Shown one piece after another: positions 54,591-64,000 of a stretch of 64,000 nucleotides of DNA. Each line of letters starts with the position of its first letter. The stretch's first letter is position 1. The stretch covers positions 27,590,001 to 27,654,000 of the forward strand of contig OX597835.1 of assembly GCA_951406725.2 (NCBI GenBank), in the 5' to 3' direction. The notes under the pieces are model-generated. The model was not told where the DNA came from, did not search any database, and saw only the letters and a program-made list of their open reading frames with translations. Both the position numbers and the translations under genes were made by a program. This DNA comes from Octopus vulgaris. Taxonomy: Eukaryota.

Positions 54591-56158
54591 CACATCAGGC
54601 AAATGGTTTTGTTTGTGGTACGTAGAGTGAGTGGGTATTAAACAGTATGTGTGGTATTAAAGGTAAATCAAGTATGATTTGATATAAAATGAGGTTCTGC
54701 AACACCTGGGAAGGACGAAAATTCTGAGATGAAATAACATAACTTGATCCATAATCAGGTGTTACATAGCAGACTCAGCAAATTCATTGCAAGGAAGGAA
54801 TATTAGGTGTTTAAAATGATGAGGTGATTAACATAGATAATAAATGATAACTATTCCTTCCAACCACAGGCACAAGGCGTGCAATTTTTCAGTGGGAGGG
54901 CACTAGTTGTTTTACACCAACCCCAGTGCTTAACTGGTACTTATTTTATTGATCCCAAAAGGATGACAGGCAAAGTTCATCTCAGTGGAATATCTGAACT
55001 CAGAGTATTAAGATGGATGAAATGCTTCTGAGGCTATAAGAGAAAAGACTTGCCCAAGGTGCCATGCAGCGGGACTGAACCTGGGATCACGCAGTTGGGA
55101 AGCAAACTTTTTACCATACACCCATGATGGAATATCATAATGATTACTATTACTATTACTATTATCAATGATTATTATCATTATCAGGATTGTTATTGGG
55201 ATTATCCTGGTCACGATACCAATAAATATTTAATGAAAGACAAACAGGAAAACACATAAACAAAACCGAGAGTTAAGGGACAAAAGTTTCTTCTTGTTTT
55301 TCTTTCCTTCACCCTTTTTTTTTTTAAATATGATTATTTCCTTTCAAGAGAAGACAAGTTGTTGCCTCTGTGCTTATTATTGAACACATGTCAAACATAT
55401 AAGGACCTGTCACTCCGTGTTGAATGTTGCTAAGAACTTCAGTGACAGCTAACGGGTTCTTGTCAGTAAAAATTACTGAAATTATCTGTCAAATCCACAA
55501 TAGGATTAAAAATGGTCATAGCGGCTTGAAAGAACATGTTTATTGTGTCTCATTATAAATTAATTATATTGAAAGAACAAACAAAACAAAAAAAGAAACA
55601 AGAAAGAAACAATGCAAAAATGATGGACATACAGACTCCGAATCATTTCTATATAATTGAATAAAGAAATTAAAAACAAAAAATTCTCTGTGTACAGTTT
55701 TTATAGAGTGAAATAAATTGACAAATAAAAGGAAAAATATTATGCAATACTGTTTAATGAGTAAAATTATTTATTAAAAATGATATTAATTTATTTGCAT
55801 ATTGTTAACTTTTAATATATCATATTAAAAAAAATAATTAATTTTTTTTCCCCCGTTGTATGCAGAATAATCTAGATTAATTTTGCAGATGTGTACTTTA
55901 TACAAATGATAAAAATTTTTGGCAGTAATGTATACTGCTTTAAAATCACAAACAATATCCCATCGTTAGTGTATTCATTATTTTACATAATTATACAAAG
56001 AATCATCAGATATTCGCTATAAACATGCATATATAATGTTTATGTATATGTAAATGTGTGTATGTATGTATGAATACACATATATATATTTAGGTATATG
56101 TATGTGTGTGTGTATGCCTATATGTGTGTATATATGTATCTGCATATCTATCTATTTA

Positions 56159-56230
<72 letters not shown>

Positions 56231-56308
56231 AAACTACACAAATAATATAAATATATATATCTATATATAAATACACAAATAATATACACACAGACACACA
56301 CATATACA

Positions 56309-56361
<53 letters not shown>

Positions 56362-56436
56362 ATAGTTATTGTCGAGCTAACATATCCAGTACTGCTGCCG
56401 TAGTCTCCTTTAGACAGATTTAGAAATATTAATATT

Positions 56437-56477
<41 letters not shown>

Positions 56478-56651
56478 AAAAGATGAAATAACTGAAATAA
56501 ATACATAAATACATCAAACATTTGATATCCAAACAAATTCCAGGAAAATAATTTGCCCCTGGGATATCTGCTAAACATCATTTATGTAGAATTCTACAGT
56601 CATTTCAATTCATGAAATTAATCATTTAATTGTTGACAAATCATAACTCAC

Positions 56652-56716
56652 CCTCCATTAGCATGACGAGCCCACCATTTCTCCCTTGAATCTCCATTCA
56701 GACCATCTACCTCGGG
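56652..56716 (-). CDS. unc-13: unc-13 internal exon (65 nt)
   Basis: Acceptor ctttgttttttacag and donor AGG|gtgagt. Reads PEVDGLNGDSREKWWARHANG+GG. Phase 0 to phase 2 bridges the 193-nt and 91-nt exons exactly. Confidence 0.85.
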
Positions 56717-56798
56717 CTGTAAAAAACAAAGAATTAATAATTGTTAATTAAAAAGGAAAATAATTATAACTATTTTACTATTTTAATAAGCTTTCTCA

Positions 56799-57220
56799 GG
56801 CGTAGGAGTGGCTGTGTGGTAAGTAGCTTGCTTACTAACCACATGGTTCCAGGTTCAGTCCCACTGCGTGGCACCTTGGGCAAATGTCTTCTACTGTAGC
56901 CTTGGGCCGACTAAAGCCTTGTGGGTGGATTTGGTAGACGGAAACTGAAAGAAGCCCGTCGTATATATGTATATATATGTGTGTATGTGTGTGTGTGTGT
57001 GTGTGTACGTTTATGCGTCTGTGTTTGTCCCCCCCAACATCGCTTGACAACCGATGCTGGTGTGTTTAAGTGCCCATAACTTAGCAGTTCGGCAAAAGAG
57101 ACCGATAAAATAAGTACTAGGCTTACAAAGAATAAGTCCTGGGGTTGATTTGCTCGACTAAAAGGTGGTGCTCCAGCATGGCCACAGTCTAATGACTGAA
57201 ACAAGTAAAAGAGTAAAAGA
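56799..57220 (+). mobile_element. tRNA-headed SINE family A, full length
   Basis: Head ggcgtaggagtggctgtgtggtaag..ggttcagtccc (A/B-box-like), internal (TG)n, tail gtaaaagagtaaaaga. More than 10 copies in the window. Confidence 0.85.
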
Positions 57221-57445
57221 GAGAGTGTGATTACACTGTGTAACACAATTTTGTCCTCGGATAGCAACTGGTATTTCCTATTTGCTTCCCTCCAACAATT
57301 ATAGAAAATGGCAAATATTTCCTTCAAACTTTGCTTTTGTTACAATTATTCAAACCCCAAAGAATCCCTCTCAACACATGGCTATGATGCTCCCCCACTA
57401 CTCCAGCTCATGTTCAGAGATGCACATATTGTCAGCCACTATATA

Positions 57446-57677
57446 TATTTCTTTACTACCCACAAGGGGCTAAACATAGAGGAGACAAACAAGGACAGAC
57501 AAAGGGATAAGGTTGATTACATCGGCCCATTGCGAAACTGGTATTTTATATATCGAACCCGAGAGGATGAAAGGCAAAGTCGGCCTCGGTGGAATTTGAA
57601 CTCAGAACGTAACGGCAGACGAAATACAGCTACGCATTTCGCCCGGCGTGCTAACGTTTCTGCCAGCTTGCCGCCTT
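57446..57677 (-). mobile_element. SINE family B with target-site duplication
   Basis: Head ggcggcaagctggcagaaacgttagcacgccgggcg..gagttcaaattcc on -. Flanked by the direct repeat tcagccactatatatat. Other copies at about 13030-13235, 32188-32400, 45550-45755, 52836-53040 and 60385-60590. Confidence 0.82.
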
Positions 57678-58973
57678 CATCAGCCACTATATATATATAT
57701 ATATATATATATACATACGACGGGCTTCTTTCAGTTTCTGTCTACCAAATCCACTCACAAGGCTTTGGTCGGCCTGAGTCTATAGTAGGAGATATTTGCC
57801 CAAGGTGCTATGCAGTGGGACTCTATCTGGAACCATGTGGTTGGTAAGCAAGCTACTTACCACGCAGCCACTCCTGTGCCTATGATGTGAATAAATGAAG
57901 CATAACAGGGTTAAACAAGCCACATCATCCCCAAATATTTGACTTGTTTTCTGTTCAAACCAACCAGATCTGGTCTTTCATACCTAACGTACAATGTCAT
58001 TCTAAAAAATATATCATTGAGATTTTGAAGCTATGAGACAATGCATGAAAACAATGTGAATAAATAAGTATTGCAATATACAAATTAATCAGGATGTTAA
58101 CGGGTAAAACTAGCCATTTCGGATTCAGATATTCTGCTTGTTTTATGTTAAAACCTACTAAATCTGGCCTCTCACACCTACCTGACAATGCCATTGTAAA
58201 AGCAAACAATCACGTCATTCAAAGTCTTGAAGCTATGAGACAATGCAAGCTTAATTCAAAACAATGTGTCTGTGTCTGTTCTGGCAAGGTTTCTACAGCT
58301 GGATGCACTTCCAAATGCCAACCATCCCAGAAAGTGAACAGAATGGTTTTTACATAGCATCAGCACAAGCGAGGCCAGCTTTGGCATGGTTCTTACAGCT
58401 GGATGCCCTTCCAAATGCCAACCACTTCACAGTGTGGACTGGATGCCCAAATATTTCCCCTGTTTTATGTTCAAACTGGACATCATCATTGTTTAATGTC
58501 CACCTTCCATGCTGGCATGGGTTGGATGGTCTGACAGGAGCTGGCCAGGTCGAAGACTACACCAGACTTCTGTGTCTGTTTTGGCATGGTTTTTACGGCT
58601 GGATGCCCTTCCTAACACCAACCACCCCGCAGAGGGGACTGAGTGCTTTTTACGTGGCATCAGCACAGGCAATATGGTATGGTTTATTTAACTGGGTGCC
58701 CTTCCAAATGCTAACCACTTTACAGTGCGGACTGGATGCTTTTTAAGTGGCACCAGCACAGGTGTGGTCAGTTTTGACCTGTTTTTTTGCATTTGGATGC
58801 CCTTCCTAACACCAATCCTTCTACCTCCACCCAGAGTGGGTTGAGTGTTTTATATGTGGCATCTTATGCAAGCAAAGGATGTGGGAAAAAAAAAGGATAA
58901 AGAAGGATTAAAATAAATAATTAATAAAAAAATATGAAAAAAACCCCATCAAAAACACAATGCAAATACTTAC

Positions 58974-59166
58974 GTCTCCTAGCTGACTGCACACTTTTTG
59001 GATTGCATCGATCCAACGATTACGAGCTGGTGAAGGCAGTTCTGTGCGTTTTTCTGTTTCTTTCTCTTCATAAGGTAAATCAGTTGGAGGAGGAGCAGCA
59101 GCATCACTGTAGTCTTGTGTACTCTGTCGGCTGACATCTGCTGAAGAAATTCGGCTATTCACAGGA
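58974..59166 (-). CDS. unc-13: unc-13/Munc13 internal exon (193 nt) containing a calmodulin-binding-like helix
   Basis: Acceptor tcttacttttgcag and donor GAC|gtaagt. Reads xPVNSRISSADVSRQSTQDYSDAAAPPPTDLPYEEKETEKRTELPSPARNRWIDAIQKVCSQLGD. SPARNRWIDAIQKVCSQL aligns with the Munc13-1 CaM site SRAKANWLRAFNKVRMQL. Ends in phase 0, matching the next exon. Confidence 0.88.
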
Positions 59167-59653
59167 CTGCAAAAGTAAGAAGGCAAAAAATTACAAGAGA
59201 CATCGTAACACAAGATGGAACATTTCACGGCCTCATGTTCTGAAGCAGTCATGGGCAAACGGCAACCCGTGGGACATACCGAATTGTATCTTTTCGTCTT
59301 TTACTTGTTTCAATCATTAGGCTGCAGCCATGCAGAGGCACCGTGCTGGTGCCTAACAAACATTGATTTCAAATTTTGGCACAAGGTCAGCAATTTCAGG
59401 GGGTGGAGGTTAAGTCGATTACATTGACCCCAGTATGTAACTTGTACTTATCTTATTGACTCCAAAAGGATGAAAGGTAAAGATGGATGAAATACTGCTA
59501 TGTCATTTGCTTAGTGTGCCTCAAACAAACCAAAGACTTTTGTTTGAGTTCAGTATGTGGAAGTTCCTCTCATGTGTATACATGTGTGTGAAAGTGCTTG
59601 TGCCTCCATTAATATACATACATACATACACACATAGTTGTGCATATATACAT

Positions 59654-59700
<47 letters not shown>

Positions 59701-60693
59701 AAGGGAAAGTTTACGAAAATAAACAAAAGACGAAGGCAGGTGGTGTACAAACAAACAGATGTATTAGTATAGCGCTCAGGAATAGAAAAAGTCTTTTACG
59801 TTTCGAGCCTATGCTCTTCTACAGAAAAAACAAGGAGAGAAACAAGGAGAAAAAAAAAATGTGTGTAGTAGCTAACAATCTATCATGGTGATCTATATAC
59901 ACATATAGCAGCCAAATTACCCTCAAATTATCAGCTTAAAGGAGGAGGTACCTATTAGATGTTTGTGATCTTGGATACATTGCCTAGACAAAAGACAGGG
60001 TGGTCATGGTTAGAATGACTTTGATCATAACCATTTCAGTCAAGATCTATGATCAAACTACAATCAGTAACCAGCCAGAGTGCTACAAACAACAGCAAAA
60101 TAGTCTTTATATAAAACCCTCAACTACATTGTTTTAGGAAAACAGACAAATTTTGGAGAAAATTAGCCAGAACGACTTTGGATAAATTTGCTTGACTAGA
60201 ATTGACCACAAGGTAGAAGGCACAGGGAACAGTTATTCCTGTGTGCACATGTAAAAGTAATGTAAAATTTCTTCTGATTTGTCATCATCTTCATCATTAT
60301 TATTATCATCATTGTTATTATTATTATAATTATTATTTTCCATTATTATTATCATTATCATATTTTCCATTATCATTATTATTAGAGTGGTGAGGTGGCA
60401 GAATCGTTAGCACACCAGGCAAAATGTTTAGTGGCATTTCATCTGTCTTTACAGCTTGAGTTCAAATTCTGCCATGATCAACTTTGCCTTTCATCCTTTA
60501 TGGGTCGATAAAAAAAGTACCAGTTGACTGGAGTCAATGTAATCAATTAGTCTCTTAAAATTTCAAGCCTTGTGCCTATAGTAGAAAGGGCTACTATAAT
60601 TATTATCATTACTATCATTATCATTATTATTGTCATTATTATTATCATTACTGTTTTTATTCAAAGTCAGTTTTCCATGCTGGCATGGGTTAA

Positions 60694-60914
60694 CCCTTTC
60701 GTTACTGTATTTATTTTGAGATGTTCAGTGTCTCTTTCAATTAATTTAAAATCTAACAAAGAATTTAGTAAAATAACTTAGTTATCATTCAGCTTGTTTT
60801 AGGAACATAAATTGTGTCTAAGGTTTGGTGCAAGATTTTAATTCAAAACTTATGAAAACAAGACATTTGTACTCAGAGCAAGAGCTGGTTTCAGACGGGT
60901 TGGTAATGAAAGGG
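60694..60914. mobile_element. TTAA-flanked (piggyBac-type) MITE inserted in a SINE
   Basis: TTAA|ccctttcgttac...gtaatgaaaggg|TTAA. Splits a family-D SINE. Confidence 0.75.
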
Positions 60915-61949
60915 TTAAATGGTTTCTTAGGAGCTAGCAATCCAGAGAATTGCACCAGGCTCCAACTGTCTCTCTTGATATGGCTTCTATGTCTGGATGC
61001 TCTTCCTAACACCAACCACTTTACAGAGTGTACTGGGTGCTTTATACATGGCACCAGTACAGGTGTTTTTAATGTGGCACCAGTAGATTTATCAAAGTAA
61101 GGATATAAAAATATGACATTGTTCCCCCCATCCGCCCAGGGACTGTGAGTCCTTGCTATGCCACTTGCCTTAGGTTAAGCAATGTTAGTCTCAATATCAA
61201 CCTGCTACATCTCTTTATTGCTACCAACACAACAAAATATTCTCAGACGTCAAATATCATTCTTATCTCTGGCAAATCTGTGATTTCTTTGTAGTTTTTT
61301 TTTTGCTTCTTATAATTAATTGCCCTTTTTTAATTACATGTCAACTACTAAAAACTCGTTGAAACCACCTTATCTCAGTCATTAAACTTGCACAGCCAAT
61401 AAATTATGCACATTTCATTGCTTGTCAGATTTCACAAAGCCTTCGATCATTTTAATCATATTTTTGTTTTCCTAAAGAAAAACAAAGAAAAGATAACTTC
61501 ATATTCATGTTTTCACTGGGAGCTTTGGTTCTATATTTTTTATGGGCACAGGTATGATTGTGCAGTTAAGAAGATTGTTTCCGAACCATGTGATCGTAGG
61601 TTCAGTCCCATCAAGCTCCACTGTAGGCAAGTGTCTTCTACTGTAGCCCCAGGCCAACCAATGCTACGTGAGTGAATTTGATAGATGGAAACTGTGGAAG
61701 TCTACTGGCTCAAGTTCAAATCTCTTGAGTACTTCGAAGTGTATTCTATATAGAGAACACCTGTCTCTAACCTATTTCAATGGCCTGATAACTGAAGAGA
61801 TGGCGGCATGGGTTTCTGCCCCGACATCCTAAACTCAGAGTTTTATCATGGCTACCGAATAATTGTCACATATATTTACAGATAAATTCCTCTATTTACA
61901 TATATTTACATATATATAGGTTCCTCTAAAGCAACTGTCATTAGACCTT

Positions 61950-62180
61950 CTGACCAGGTTACCAAGAATGAGGGATATAATCCAATAAACTCACCCTTGG
62001 TCAAATCCTAAGTTTTCTGCTGATTAGCATGACTTGAAGAATCTGCTTTGCGATTCTTTCCTGTGACATCCTAATCACATGCCCATAGTACCAAAGCTGT
62101 TCCCTCTCAATGTGGAAAAGGAGCAGCTGGAATCTGAAGAAACTTCCTGATCTCCAAGCAACAAAGCCTGTTGAGTAATG
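61950..62180 (-). mobile_element. decayed RTE LINE fragment
   Basis: QERIAKQILQV...RKLR, homologous to the 10247-10507 fragment. Confidence 0.6.
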
Positions 62181-63163
62181 TTACTCCAGAGATTGTCTAT
62201 AGGAACCCCATTTTGGCCCCTTGTACAAACAGTCAGCTAACATTTGCAGACAACTGATGTTGCTAGGTTCATCAGAAAATGATCTCCAGCAGGCACTGAA
62301 TGGAGATTCACTGCCAATTGCAGCAAAGCAGGGTGAGGCAATCACAAGAACAACGTTATCCATTAAGTCCCTTCAAGTGGTAGAGCACAACTTTGAGGGA
62401 AATTTTTGTCGCTATTTCTAGCAGGCCACACAACCATGTAGAGGGACACTTGTTGGCTCCTTCTAATAAAGTTTTAACCTGTGGTTAAATGCATTCAGAA
62501 TTCAGAGACCTTATTTGTCAGCCTCTCACAAGTTCTGACTGTATATGAAGTAGCATTTATAGATTTATATCTTCATGTGTACATGCACACCTCACCCCAC
62601 CACACACACACATGAAGGTACACAAATACACAAACACACATTCTTTGGAGAAAATGTGAAAATCTTTGATACACAAGTCTACAGTATTTTATCTATAGCA
62701 CCGTTAATTTTTTCATGTTTTGATTTTTTTTTCTTACATTGTAAATAAAAAGAAACATCAAATCACTATTTCACTTCATGTAGGCGAAAGTTAAGTAATT
62801 GTATATTTATTTTTTTTATTTATTCATTTATCTATTTTTTGAACGAAGGAGGGGGTGGGTGGGTGGGTGGGAATTTATTCTTTTAATATTTTTGTTTTCT
62901 GCTTCATTCAGGTCTACGTGAACATGAGTGGGAGTGCGAGAGCGAGAGAGAGAGAGAGAGGTGTGTGTGTGTGTGTGTCTGTGTGTGTGTGTCTGTGTGT
63001 GTGTCTGTGTGTGTGTGAGTCTGTGTGTGTGTGTGTGTCTGTGTGTGTGTGCACATTTATTTTCAAAACCAACATCAGTGGAATGGTAAATGCCTAACTA
63101 ATTGATTCTGGTTTATGTATGTAGTTACAGAATAGCCATTGTAGCTAGGAACATAAATAAAAG

Positions 63164-63210
<47 letters not shown>

Positions 63211-64000
63211 AGGAAAGCAAAGCCTTTATCTGTTCAGCATTTTCTGTGAAGTTATTTATCTAAAAGTTCATTCCAACATCTCACTGTGCTTAAAATCAAT
63301 GAATTGAAGGACGATGATAAGCAGAAGATTCAGAGCGTTCTTAAAGATATGCTTCTTCCACACATCACTAATATTCAGACCCAAATATTTGGTGCCATTG
63401 TATGCATTGCAGTTAAAAGAAAAGGAAGAAGCGAAAAACCCAATGAATCAATACCACTGTTTTATTTATTTATTCATTTATTTATTTATGTATATATATA
63501 TATATATATATTTATTTATTTATTTTCTTATTTTTAGTATCAGAAAAATTTCTGTATTTTCATGAACCGATTTTTTCCATTTTTTTTCTTTTTTTTTTTT
63601 TTTTGGAGTTGTGGTGATTGTGGCGGTGGGAGTGGGGGTAGGAATGAGATACGATACGCCAAGAAATATACTACTTAAAACGAAGCGAAAAACAAAAGAA
63701 CCTCCCACCCCACCCCCACTCCATTCGTCACCTCCCCCCACATTTCCTAAGCTAAATAAATTTCAAGGTTAATGTATTAAAGAGGAAACATTTTTGGAAA
63801 TGCCGTTATAGAATAGACCAGCTCTTTACCATCAATAGATGCCATTGAACGCACTTCGTTTCTCAGTACTTGAAATTTTGGAAGACCCCACAAGACCAAA
63901 ATAGATAAGACAAAAAAAGTTAAAAAGGTAACAATAATAAGAATAATGGTTTTAAATTTTGCCCCAAGGGCAGCAGTTTTGGCGGGGGTGGGGTTGAGTC

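Noticed and set aside
56799-56875. tRNA genes at SINE heads (also 44485, 18503, 51480)
   Set aside because: A/B-box-like sequence is present but runs straight into SINE bodies in many diverged copies, with no full cloverleaf seen.
59167-59258. N-terminal part of ORF 58908-59258 (MPMTASEHEAV...)
   Set aside because: It lies upstream of a strong acceptor (tcttacttttgcag), so it is treated as intron. The part below 58974 is likewise donor read-through.
61995-62061. Exon-like unit with donor AGG|gtgagt
   Set aside because: It lies in a decayed RTE fragment, and the RTE-homologous reading frame contains a stop.
63286-63890. ORF MLKINELKDDDKQKIQ... and a 39-nt AG/GT unit near 63850-63888
   Set aside because: No recognisable homology. 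The 39-nt unit has a weak AAG acceptor and is open only in phase 1-1, which does not fit the next exon.

Overview
This is eukaryotic, AT-rich, repeat-dense DNA. The SINE families and very long (TA)n/(CA)n/(ATT)n arrays suggest an octopus-type cephalopod (inference). The window lies inside one large minus-strand gene, unc-13/Munc13 (synaptic vesicle priming factor). Three phase-compatible exons (58974-59166, 56652-56716, 34619-34709) encode the calmodulin-binding-like helix and the conserved 'IDSMPEIKPRRKSIPFVSDL' block. The C1-domain exons are not seen and should lie left of position 1. The >34-kb intron after 'FVSDL' holds a 9-nt microexon (VVK) and further frame-preserving cassette candidates (57 and 30 nt, possibly 30 and 6 nt); the 9-nt and the 15968-15997 exons have UGC motifs at their acceptors. 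The rest is intronic repeat: a full-length decayed mariner, a palindromic mariner derivative, Penelope-like remnants with hammerhead-ribozyme cores, CR1 and RTE fragments, Helitron/Helentron-type, TTAA and hAT-type MITEs, at least four SINE families, an (AB)4 minisatellite, a 511-bp tandem duplication and many fold-backs. Nearly all ORFs in the supplied track are repeat artefacts. All homologies were judged by eye from remembered motifs; no search was run.
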